A stretch of DNA of 64,000 nt, taken from assembly GCA_964386435.1 (NCBI GenBank), contig CAYLSV010000002.1:21303-85302 (forward strand), in the 5' to 3' direction. Position 1 is the first letter of the stretch. Every line of letters begins with the position of its first letter. Below the pieces are notes generated by a model that had not been told where the DNA came from, did no database searches, and saw nothing but the letters and a program-made list of their open reading frames with translations. Source of the DNA: an uncultured Tepidisphaerales bacterium (GTDB lineage: Bacteria; Planctomycetota; Phycisphaerae; Tepidisphaerales; Tepidisphaeraceae). Both the position numbers and the translations under genes were made by a program. Of this stretch, positions 1-8,465 are shown in pieces.

Positions 1-707
1 CCAGCGAGCAAGCCGTCTTCGACGGCGAGAAGGCGATTCGCGGCGGCATCCCAGTGTGCTTTCCGTGGTTCGCCGACGCCGGCTCGCCCGGCCACGGCTT
101 CGCCCGCACGGCCCAATGGTCCATCGACTTCGCCCGCTTCGACGGCGACGATTTGCTGCTCGGCCTGATGCTGCGGCACGACGACAACGAGGTGTTCGCC
201 AGGCTCTGGCCGCACAAGTTCGAGGCGTCGCTGCACTTTCGCATCGGCCGCTCGCTGACGACGACCTTCGGCCTGCGCAATGTCGGCGACAACGTCTGCG
301 CCTACGAGATCGCGCTGCACACCTACTTCGCCGTCGCGGACGTGCGGCAGATCGAGTTCGCCGGCTTCGACGGCACGACGTACGTCAGCAAAGTCGAGGG
401 GCAGACGGTGAGGCAGCAGGGCGAGCCGACAATCGACGGCGAAGTCGACCGGATTTACCAGGACCATTCGTCGCCCGTCACGATCACCGACGGCAATCGG
501 CGGGTGAGGATCATCGGCGAGAACAGCCGCAGCACGGTGCTGTGGAACCCGCACATCGAGAAGGCCGCCCAACTTAGCGACCTTGGCAACGACGAGTGGC
601 CGAACTTCGTCTGCGTCGAGACGGCGAACATCAAGCCCCACGCTGTCGCCGTCGAGCCGGGCGAATGGCACGCGATGAGCCAGACAGTGGAGGTCGAGAA
701 TGCCTGA
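1..707 (+). CDS. D-hexose-6-phosphate mutarotase (aldose 1-epimerase family), 5' end outside window
   Basis: The frame of ORF 54..707 stays open back to nt 3. GGIPVCFPWF, GHGFART and TVLWNPH motifs are typical of YeaD-type epimerases. Motif recognition only. Confidence 0.75.
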   Translation, partial: SEQAVFDGEKAIRGGIPVCFPWFADAGSPGHGFARTAQWSIDFARFDGDDLLLGLMLRHDDNEVFARLWPHKFEASLHFRIGRSLTTTFGLRNVGDNVCAYEIALHTYFAVADVRQIEFAGFDGTTYVSKVEGQTVRQQGEPTIDGEVDRIYQDHSSPVTITDGNRRVRIIGENSRSTVLWNPHIEKAAQLSDLGNDEWPNFVCVETANIKPHAVAVEPGEWHAMSQTVEVENA

Positions 708-1404
708 GCAACCCGTCGCCCTCGTCACCGGCGGCGGCCGCGGCATCGGCCGGGCGACGGCGGTGGAACTCTCCGCTCGCGGCTTCCGCGTCGTCCCCAC
801 CAGCCGCAGCCGCGACGAACTCGAAGAGACCGCCGAGATGTGCCTTGGCGAGGCGTTGATCGTCCCGACGGACGTCGCCGAGCACGGCGCGGCCGAGCAA
901 CTCGTCGAGGCCGCCGTCGAAGGCTTCGGCCGGATCGATGCCGTCGTCGCCTCGGCCGGCGTCGCCCCGCTGAAGCCGATCGAGCAGTTTGACGACATGA
1001 GCATTGACCAGGTGATGGCCGTCAACATCGCCGCCCCTTTCCGCCTCGCCCGCGCCGCCTGGCCGCACCTCAAGAAGACCCACGGTGCCATCGTCACGAT
1101 CAGCAGTCAAGGCGCTCGCGACGCCTTCCCCGGCCTCGCGTTCTACGGCGCCAGCAAAGCGTTCGTGAACGCCGCGATGCTGTTCCTCCACCGCGAAGGC
1201 AAAGCCGACGGCATCCGCGCTTATGCCGTCGCCCCCGGCGCGACGGACACGCGCATGCTCCGCGACGTCTTCACCAGTGAGCAACTCGCCGATGCCGCCA
1301 CCCTTGCCCCGGAAGACGTCGCCACCGTCATCGCCGACTGCATCGACGGCCCCCTCCGCCACAGCGGCGGCGAAACGATCTACCTCGACCCGACACGCCC
1401 GTAA
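700..1404 (+). CDS. Short-chain dehydrogenase/reductase (SDR) family oxidoreductase
   Basis: N-terminal VTGGGRGIGRA Rossmann motif and catalytic YGASK. Overlaps the upstream stop by 8 nt (operon-like). Confidence 0.85.
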   Translation: MPEQPVALVTGGGRGIGRATAVELSARGFRVVPTSRSRDELEETAEMCLGEALIVPTDVAEHGAAEQLVEAAVEGFGRIDAVVASAGVAPLKPIEQFDDMSIDQVMAVNIAAPFRLARAAWPHLKKTHGAIVTISSQGARDAFPGLAFYGASKAFVNAAMLFLHREGKADGIRAYAVAPGATDTRMLRDVFTSEQLADAATLAPEDVATVIADCIDGPLRHSGGETIYLDPTRP

Positions 1405-1440
1405 ACCTCCCAAACGAGCGCCGCGGCCGAGACGACGGGC

Positions 1441-1480
1441 GGGATTCGATGGTCCGCTCCAGATTGAACTGCGATCTGGA
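1441..1480. repeat. Degenerate copy of the tRNA-Pro T-arm/3' region (possible distal att remnant)
   Basis: GGATTCGA (1442-1449) and AGATTGAACTGCGATCTGG (1461-1479) resemble GGATTCGAACCTGCGACCTCC of the tRNA at 5609-5629. Lies in the only gap (1405-1683) where the island's left end can be. Confidence 0.3.
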
Positions 1481-1683
1481 ATATCGTCGACGTCCGCCGC
1501 AGCGACAACGCACGAACGCCGATCGCAAGGTGTGTCGGGCTGTGCCTGACGCTATTGCGGCATCACGGTTGATCGTGTCGACGCCTACGCTCACGCCCCA
1601 ACCATCGCGTCCGGTGTCTGACCTAGATCAGGCTTGACAGATTCCGCTTGCGCGTCGGCCGGGCCGGCGTCATGGGGTGAAGC

Positions 1684-2316
1684 ATGAGCAACGCCAAGCA
1701 CAGCGAGGGCCACGACGATGGCCGGTATGTCGCCCTGTATGTCCGGGTCAGCAGCAAGCGGCAGGACCACGCCAGCCAGCGGCCGGACTTGGAGCGGTAT
1801 GCACGGTCGCTGCCGGGCGGCGTGGCGACGAAGTGGTACGCCGACAGCTTCACCGGCCGCACGATGGACCGGCCGGGGTGGGCGAAGCTGATGCGAGACG
1901 TGGACGCCCGGCGGGTGAGCCGGGTGGTGGTGTAGCGGCTGGACCGGCTGGGGCGGACGGCCAAGGGGCTAACGGCGCTGCTGGACGATCTGCCGGCCAA
2001 GGGCGTGGGGCTGGTGAGCCTGCGGGACGGGCTGGACCTGGACACGCCCGCCGGGCGGCTCATGGCGAACATGCTGGCGAGCGTGGCGCAGTACGAGACA
2101 GAGGTGCGGGCCGAGCGGGTGCTGGCCGAACAAGCGGCGGCACGGGCGGTCGGTAAGACGTGGGGCGGCAGCGTGAAGGGGCGGCGGCTGACCGTGACCG
2201 ATGAGCAGGTGGCGACCATCCACCGGCTGCGGGGTGAGGGCGCGGCCGTGGCGTGCATCGCACGGGCGACGGGGTCGAGCCGGCCGACAATCTACAAGCA
2301 CCTGGAACGGGCGTAG
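1684..2316 (+). pseudogene. Serine recombinase (resolvase/invertase) with in-frame TAG at 1933..1935
   Basis: ORFs 1684..1935 and 2005..2316 share one frame. Catalytic YVRVSSKRQ is present. The sequence reads VSRVVV-TAG-RLDRLGR where the family has VVVW(K/R)LDRLGR. The C-terminal HTH (SRPTIYKHL) is intact. Confidence 0.8.
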
Positions 2317-3220
2317 GGCGTCAGCCGGCCGCTTGATAGGCTTCGCCCATGTACCTGGAGATTGACCTGCCCCACGTCTTCCAACTGAAGCTGATCCTGC
2401 CGCTGCCCCGCCGGCCGCGGGTGACGCTGTTCTTGACCCGCCCGCTGTGCCAGTTCGTGCTGGCGACACCCGCCGGCGAGTATGTCTCGGAGTGGGCGGC
2501 CGACGGCGACCCGGGCTTGGGCGGACGCGAGGTGAGCCACGGCCAACGCTGCACCCATCGGGCCCGCTGGACCTACACCCGCCCGGCGTCGGCCGACGCG
2601 GCGACGGCCCGATAACCCCGCCGCACGCATCCGACAACGGATTAGGTTGCACAGGTAAGAGAACCGAGGGAAGAAAGCACTGATAGAAGCGGATCAGCAG
2701 GGGGACGACAGGTGGACCGAGGCGACACAGGAAGAGGGTGGACACCATCACTCCGGCGGACAGGCAGACTTGAAGCACGGGCAGTGCGTGAGCGGCAGAG
2801 AGGGAAAGAAGGTGGCTCCCCCCACCAACAGCCAGAGCTGCCAGAGCTCACTTGTCTTTCCTGAAGATTGGCCGGTGACCGGTTTACCTACGTCGTCGCT
2901 GGAGGGCTGTTGCTGGGGAGGGGTCGCTGGAGGGTGGTCGCACCCTGTCTTGCACTCGTGGCTGCTGCCAAGTTTTTGATCGTTGTCTGGCTGTCGCCGC
3001 TGTCATCGTTGTCGTTCAGCGTCAGCAGGACAAAGAAGCCTTGTTGCGGGGGGTTCCCCGCAGGTGGTGTCGGATGGTGTGTCTTTTCTGTGGGTGTCGT
3101 CTGCCGAGGGTGGTGTCATCGGCGATAGGTGGCGCTTCCTGCCTGGGCCTACTCCCGCTGTCGCGGGTTTGGGTTGCGCAGGTAAGGAAGGAACCGGCGG
3201 ACCTGCCGGACAACCCGATC

Positions 3221-3624
3221 ATGAAAGACACCACCACCCCCGCCCGCCGGCCGCTGCCGGACAAGGGCTACGCGGTTCACATTGACCTGCCCCTCTTGGA
3301 CCTGGCCCGCTGCCCCGGCGACTGGCCGCACCCCGACCGCCTGCCCGGCTACCCCAAGATGCCGACCTTGCCGACCTGCCCATGCTGGGCAAGAGCGTCC
3401 ACGCCGCCGGTGCGGCAGAGCGGACGGCCCGCCGTCGCCGACGGATCGCCGGCGTCATCTGGATGTTGCAGGTTGTGCCGACGCAGGGCGAAATGCGCCG
3501 CTACCTGGCCCGCTGCTGCCCGCACGATGCTATCGGCCACGGCACGATCAGCGGCGACTACAACGCCCTTGGCATCGGCAACGCCGCAGCCCATGCCGAT
3601 GACGACGACGCCCGCCACTTCTGA
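3221..3624 (+). CDS. Hypothetical island gene, frame ambiguous (possibly frameshifted)
   Basis: ATG at 3221 opens MKDTTTPARRPLPDKGYAVHIDLPLLD. The protein-like sequence seems to switch to the frame of ORF 3382..3624 (...GVIWMLQVVPTQGEMRRYLARCCPHDAIGHG). No family recognised. Confidence 0.2.
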
Positions 3625-3633
3625 ACCCGCCCC

Positions 3634-3933
3634 ATGTTGATGAAGGAGACTCGGCTGACCTTGCAGGAGGCGGCCGACCTGGTGGGCAAGAGCTACAGCA
3701 CGGTCTACCGCTGGGCGACGCAGGGCGTGGACGGCGTGCGGCTGGAAGCCCTGCGGCTGGGCTACAGCTACGTCACCAGCGTCGAGGCGCTGGAACGGTT
3801 CGGCCAGCGGCTGAACACGCCCGCCGACGACGAACACGACAGCCACGCTAAGGCCGGCCACCTGCCCGCGGACGGCTTGTGCGTCTTTCCCGACGATCCC
3901 GACGCCGTGCTGGCCAGCTTCGGCCTGGCCTGA
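3634..3933 (+). CDS. Helix-turn-helix DNA-binding protein, excisionase/AlpA-like
   Basis: LTLQEAADLVGKSYSTVYRWATQG is a classic MerR/Xis-type HTH. Located between the recombinase genes of the island. Confidence 0.6.
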   Translation: MLMKETRLTLQEAADLVGKSYSTVYRWATQGVDGVRLEALRLGYSYVTSVEALERFGQRLNTPADDEHDSHAKAGHLPADGLCVFPDDPDAVLASFGLA

Positions 3934-4184
3934 ACGGACTACCCGCCCGACACCCCGAACAACGCTCCACGGCCACGGCCGGCAGGGCGTCTTTTTTTCG
4001 TCGCCGGGCGACTTCACCTGGCCGCCGTTGCTGGCGCGTACTGTGAGGGCGCTGTGGGCGCCGGTAGCGTCGCCGCGATGCCCGTGGCCGCCCGGCTGCG
4101 GAACGTGCGGCAGAGGGACGCATGTCGCCTGCCGCGGGGCACGGCGGTTTAGCCGACTTGGCGGGCGGCACGCTGGCCGACTTC

Positions 4185-5483
4185 TTAGCTGTGCTTGACG
4201 TAGGTCGGCAGCATGTCATAGCCACGGTGGCCGGCCAGCACGCGGACAGCTTCGGGGTCGAGTTTCGCCGCCGTGTTGGTCAGGCAGGTGTGCCGCAGTT
4301 TGTAAGGCGATTAATCGTGTTCACGTCGCCACGCTCGGTCGGCTTCGGCGAGGTCCGGTCGGTCTACCCAGACTTGTCGGCGGGCATCGGTCAGCTTGCC
4401 GCCTTGAGTTGCTTTAGCCGCTTTGGCAAGGGCTTCCAGTTCATCGGCGGCGGGCGACGGCAATGCCCGTTCACATGCACGCTGAACGGCCCGGCCGTAA
4501 CTGTCTTTGTCGTAGCAGTCGCGGGCGGGTCGGGTGAGTGGCGCATCTTCACCGGCACGGGTGCGGCTGTTGTAGCCGGGGCGGTTGCCCTGGCCGGCGG
4601 GCGTCTTCCGCATGGCCGACTTCGCGGCCCGCTGGTGGTCAGCGGCTTCGGTCGGGCTGAACAGCGGGGCGTTCACTGGCCGGTCGGCGAGGAAAGGGCG
4701 GATGACCTGCTGGCACTCCGGCCCGAAGTAGAGCGTGCGGCTGTGGCCCCGGTGGGCGTTCTTGTGGTCGATGACCTCCACCGTCCATGCTTCGCCGCTC
4801 ATGTCGAGGTCGGCCGCTGTGAGGCTGAACAACTCGCCCGGTCGGGCAGCGCTAAAGCGTTGCAGCGTGATGAGCGCCCACACCTGCGGGGCAACGTGCG
4901 GCCGAACCGCTTCAACGGCGGCATCCGGCACGCTGCGGCGGGCAATAGACTCGGCCACCGCGTCTTCACCGGGCCGCAGCGGCGGCACCTTTTTCAACCG
5001 GGCGTGCATCTCGGCTGCATAGACGCCGTGCATGACGCCGAAGCTGAACACACCGCGGATGTCGTTCACCCGCTGATTCACGCTGCGACGCTTGCCGCCG
5101 TCCTGGACCATGAGTCGGCGGACCTGGACAAGGTGGGCCGGGGTGAACGCCCGGACGGGCAGGTCGCCGTAGAGGGAAAGCAGCGGCCGCACCGCCGACT
5201 TCAACCCGGACAGCCGACTGTCCGTCACCCGGCCGACCTGTCCTTGCAGGAACCCCGCCACCAGCCATGTCACCGGCCGGGCATCGGGATCGGCGGCACG
5301 CTTCGGCTTCAACGTCGGCGCTTTGCCCGTCGTCACGTCCGCCATGATCTCGTGGAACCGCCGCCGGCTTTCGGGTGAACCCCACGGGCCGAGGTACACA
5401 TCTTTCCCGTTCAGCCGGATGCGAGCCTGGCCGCTGGCGTGGGGCTTCTTCGGGTACTGGCGGTGCTTGCGGTGGCCGGGCAT
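4185..5483 (-). pseudogene. Tyrosine integrase with in-frame TAA at 4311..4313
   Basis: The 390-aa ORF 4311..5483 ends ...AWRREHD-TAA. The same frame continues SPYKLRHTCLTNTAAKLDPEAVRVLAGHRGYDMLPTYVKHS-TAA (stop 4185..4187), which is the R-H...H-R-G-Y...Y catalytic box. Confidence 0.8.
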
Positions 5484-5597
5484 GGTGCCGAAAAGGGTAG
5501 ATGAATCGGTAGTCGGCTACCGACTTATACTCCATTGGCCAGAACAGACGGCGGACTGAGCCGCCGCAAGCGACTGTCCAAAAAGGATTTGGAGAAG

Positions 5598-5671
5598 TCG
5601 GGATGACAGGATTCGAACCTGCGACCTCCTCGTCCCGAACGAGGCGCGCTACCAAGCTGCGCTACATCCCG
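5598..5671 (-). tRNA. tRNA-Pro (anticodon CGG), CCA not encoded
   Basis: The reverse complement reads CGGGATGTAGCGCAGCTTGGTAGCGCGCCTCGTTCGGGACGAGGAGGTCGCAGGTTCGAATCCTGTCATCCCGA. It has a 7-bp acceptor stem, anticodon arm CCTCG/TTCGGGA/CGAGG and a GGTTCGAATCC T-loop. Confidence 0.9.
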
Positions 5672-5746
5672 TGAAGATTGGACCGACCCGGTCCGCGGCC
5701 GTTCGGGCGGCCGGGCCGGAATTGTAGGCGGGGGGTTTGCCGGGGT

Positions 5747-6445
5747 CTAGCGGTTGGCGGCGGCGAGGGTGTTGTTTGCGCGGCGGGCTTGGGCGACCGC
5801 GACGGCGGCGCTTTGGCGGATGCGGGCGACGTCGAGGTGGCGGCCGGGGCAGGCGGTGGGCTTGGTGTCGCGGTGGCCGATGACGTGCTGGGGCGGGATG
5901 CCGTGGCGGTCCATGAGGTAGGCGGTGAGCTGCGTCAGGGCGCGAAGTTGGCGGGGGGTGGGGTGCGCGTGGTCGAAGTCGCCGACCAGGCAGATGCCGA
6001 TGCCGCGTTGGTTGAAGCGATTGTCGGAGGTCTTAGCGTGGGCGCCCCACTTCTGTTTCTGCCAGCGGGGGCCGACCTCGACGTGGCCGTCGCGGGTGTC
6101 GGTGCCGTTGCCGATGACGAAGTGGTAGCCCAGTTCGTCCCAGCCGTTGCGCTTGTGGGCGGCGTCGAAGTCGGCGGCGCAGCCGCTGGTGGTGGCACTG
6201 TGGTGGATGACGATGTAGTTCCACCGGCGGGCGGGCACGCCCGACGCGGGTCCGGCCACCGCCGGACGCTGGGCGGGCTGGACTGGCACCCTCGGCTCAA
6301 TCCGCGGCGTCGGTGGCAGCGCGGGCCGCTGGGTGTCGGGGAGGGTGGAGGTGTAGTTGACCGGCCCCGTCTCCGCCACGCACCCGGCGATTAAGAGCGT
6401 GGCCGCGAAAGTCATCAAAATCAGCAGGCCGGCGGGGCGGAGCAT
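5747..6445 (-). CDS. N-acetylmuramoyl-L-alanine amidase (Amidase_2/PGRP type) lipoprotein
   Basis: Lipobox LLIAGC. IVIHHSAT, GYHFVIGNG, GAHA, ICLVGDF and ACPG motifs match AmpD/PGRP amidases. Confidence 0.85.
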   Translation of the reverse strand: MLRPAGLLILMTFAATLLIAGCVAETGPVNYTSTLPDTQRPALPPTPRIEPRVPVQPAQRPAVAGPASGVPARRWNYIVIHHSATTSGCAADFDAAHKRNGWDELGYHFVIGNGTDTRDGHVEVGPRWQKQKWGAHAKTSDNRFNQRGIGICLVGDFDHAHPTPRQLRALTQLTAYLMDRHGIPPQHVIGHRDTKPTACPGRHLDVARIRQSAAVAVAQARRANNTLAAANR

Positions 6446-6620
6446 TATGGGAGTTTATCGGATGCGGCGGTGAATTCTCTGCAACGGATCCGCGGCGGCG
6501 ATTCGAGCGTGGTTGGCGTTTGGTTCGGGTGTGGCCAGCGTGCGGCCAGCGTGTGGTTGACGTGTTATTGGACGCGGCGGCGGCTGGTGGCGGATCGGGC
6601 GGGGCGTCGATGTCGGACGC

Positions 6621-7337
6621 ATGGACGCCTCTATTGCGAACGTGCCGGCCGATGTCGCTGCCGAGGCCGAGGCGGCTGTGGGGTCGGCGGGGCGGTGGTT
6701 GGACGGGTTCATGGGCGGCGACTGGCCGGGGCAGGCGGACGTGTTGACGCTGGCCGGATCGATGCACGCGGGGGTGGCGGCGCTGCTCATCGTGCTGGGG
6801 GTGGTGTACCTGCTGTTCGGCTACACGGCGTTCAAGTGGTTCGTGATCCTCAACGCCATCGCGGCGGGCATCTGGCTCGGCGTGGTGGTGGGCGGGACAT
6901 TCGAGCAGCCGATACCGGGGGCGGTGGTCGGCGGCTTGGCGGCCGGGGCGGCGACCTGGCCGGCGCTGCGGTGGGCGGTGTGTCTGCTGGGCGGGGTGTT
7001 GGGTTTTGTGATCGGCGTGGCGGTGTGGAATGGCACCGGGCACGAGCCGACCTACGCGTTGGCCGGCGGATTGATCGGGGCGGTATTCTTGGGGATGTTG
7101 AGTTTGGTTTTGTACCGAACGAGCTTGGTGCTGTTCATGAGCGTGCAGGGGGCGGTGATGCTGGTGTTGGGTATTCTGGGCATGACGCTGCAGCACGAGG
7201 GGGCGGCGTCGGCGACGGTGAAGGCGCTAACGGATCAGCCGTTGATTTTGCCAATCGCGCTGCTGGTGCCGCTGGTGGTGGGTCTGATGTATCAAGGCGG
7301 CTGGGCCAAGGGCGAGGCGGGCGGCAAGGGAGCGTGA
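6621..7337 (+). CDS. Multi-pass membrane protein, unknown function
   Basis: About 6 hydrophobic, glycine-rich helices and coding-like composition. No motif recognised. Confidence 0.55.
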   Translation: MDASIANVPADVAAEAEAAVGSAGRWLDGFMGGDWPGQADVLTLAGSMHAGVAALLIVLGVVYLLFGYTAFKWFVILNAIAAGIWLGVVVGGTFEQPIPGAVVGGLAAGAATWPALRWAVCLLGGVLGFVIGVAVWNGTGHEPTYALAGGLIGAVFLGMLSLVLYRTSLVLFMSVQGAVMLVLGILGMTLQHEGAASATVKALTDQPLILPIALLVPLVVGLMYQGGWAKGEAGGKGA

Positions 7338-7786
7338 GGGACGGCGGGGGAAGCACCCCGAGGGCACATCTGAGCCGCCATCGATGAGGCGGTCGTTCAC
7401 GGCTGACAGTTCGTGAACGTGAACACGCGGGCTCACATCTCCGGTGAGTTGCTATGCCCGCTCAACAGTCGTGGCGGCTGCATGTTTTGCACACATGACC
7501 GGGAGTAAGCCCGGAACAGCACGCCAATCAACTGCGGCGAGACACAAGAGTTGCTCGCACTTCACGGCTAAGCAGGATGAAGGCGCCTGACGTTTACGAC
7601 TTTCCACCTCGTGCTCGTGCAGACCCATCCTGATCTCGACGAGGTGGCCGGGATCACCGGGCGGTGTGACAACTCCTCAGTTCTGACGCGCCCTGACGTG
7701 ACGCGTGTATGTCTTCAGCGCAAGGCCCCTTGGCTGGCCGCGGCGTTGCGGTCGTCGCAGGCGGCTTTAGCTATGATAGACATGCG

Positions 7787-8013
7787 ATGTCGCTGACCTT
7801 GACCGATGAGCAGCTCCGGCAAGCCGCCGCCGCCGGGGGGATGGGTGTGTGGATGTTGTCGACGAGCGGGGCGAATTACGGTTCCGGCTGGTGCCGGTGG
7901 CATTGGCGGAGGAGGAGGATCCGGAGGTGGAGGCGGAGCTGAACGCCTTCGCCCGGTGGTCGATGAAGAACCTCGAACGGTTCGCGATGGAGGACGAGAA
8001 GGGAGACGGATGA
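7787..8013 (+). CDS. Putative antitoxin of the PemK/MazF pair, frame-broken at a G6 run
   Basis: ATG 7787 gives MSLTLTDEQLRQAAAAGG (frame 2). The protein-like continuation DGCVDVVDERGELRFRLVPVALAEEEDPE...MEDEKGDG is in frame 1 and ends in TGA 8011..8013, overlapping the toxin ATG (ATGA). The switch point is GGGGGG 7835..7840. An alternative is a 54-aa form from GTG 7849. Confidence 0.45.
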
Positions 8014-8453
8014 TCCGACAGGGCGAGATATACCACGCCGCGACGAATGGGGCGGGCCGAAGGCCGGTGCTGGTCGTTTCCCGTGACGCACTCAACCGCG
8101 GCGGGCGGATCATGGTGGTGCTCATCACCAGCGGGCGGTTCGAACAGCGGCGACGGCTTCGCAACTGCGTCCCATTGCGCGCTGGCGAGTTTGGGCTTTC
8201 CCGCGATTGCGTGGTCCAGTGCGAAACGATGGCTACCGCGGCTGTAGAGCAACTGGACGGACCGCCCCTCGGACGACTGGATGACCTTGTCATGAGAAGC
8301 GTGATCAAGGCGATCGGTGATGCGATTGCTGCCGACTGTGAGCCAGTTCAGGCCCTGCCGAGCGTGCTCGGCGTTGCCAGTTTGGCAGATTCTTTGCCGG
8401 CAAAGGTCGCTTCACGGGGCGTGAGGGGCGTCATGTGCTGGCACGGAAGTTGA
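8010..8453 (+). CDS. Type II toxin, PemK/MazF family endoribonuclease
   Basis: MIRQGEIYHAA...RPVLVVSRD...VVLITS pattern of MazF/PemK. ATGA overlap with the upstream small ORF. About 35 aa longer at the C-terminus than usual. Confidence 0.8.
   Translation: MIRQGEIYHAATNGAGRRPVLVVSRDALNRGGRIMVVLITSGRFEQRRRLRNCVPLRAGEFGLSRDCVVQCETMATAAVEQLDGPPLGRLDDLVMRSVIKAIGDAIAADCEPVQALPSVLGVASLADSLPAKVASRGVRGVMCWHGS
8384..8398 (+). promoter_or_regulatory. Candidate sigma-54 (-24/-12) promoter upstream of clpB
   Basis: TGGCAG-ATTCT-TTGC matches TGGCAC-N5-TTGC in spacing and in 9/10 fixed bases. It lies 68 nt before the clpB ATG and overlaps the 14-bp palindrome CTTTGCCGGCAAAG (8393-8406). One chance match per window is plausible. 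Confidence 0.3.
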
Positions 8454-8465
8454 TCCGTCCCCGGC

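Larger units (their letters stand above)
1441..5597. mobile_element. Decayed integrative island inserted at the 3' end of tRNA-Pro
   Basis: A tyrosine integrase directly abuts the tRNA 3' end. The segment also carries a serine recombinase, an Xis/AlpA-like HTH gene, an ORF-poor lower-GC interior and a degenerate tRNA-like repeat at the far end. Both recombinases carry nonsense codons. Confidence 0.55.

Noticed and set aside
2292-2630. ORFs 2292..2630(-), 2321..2554(-) and 2349..2615(+) downstream of the resolvase
   Set aside because: The three are mutually overlapping ORFs with Arg/Gln/Pro-rich, non-protein-like translations. None is clearly better than the others, so this is probably decayed island sequence.
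5678-6394. 238-aa plus-strand ORF next to the tRNA
   Set aside because: It is antisense to the well-supported amidase gene (5747..6445), and its sequence is Gly/Ala/Val low-complexity.
7452-7628. 58-aa Cys-rich ORF on the minus strand in the 450-bp gap before the toxin-antitoxin pair
   Set aside because: It is short, has no recognisable motif and has no obvious start context. It cannot be distinguished from chance in a lower-GC intergenic region.
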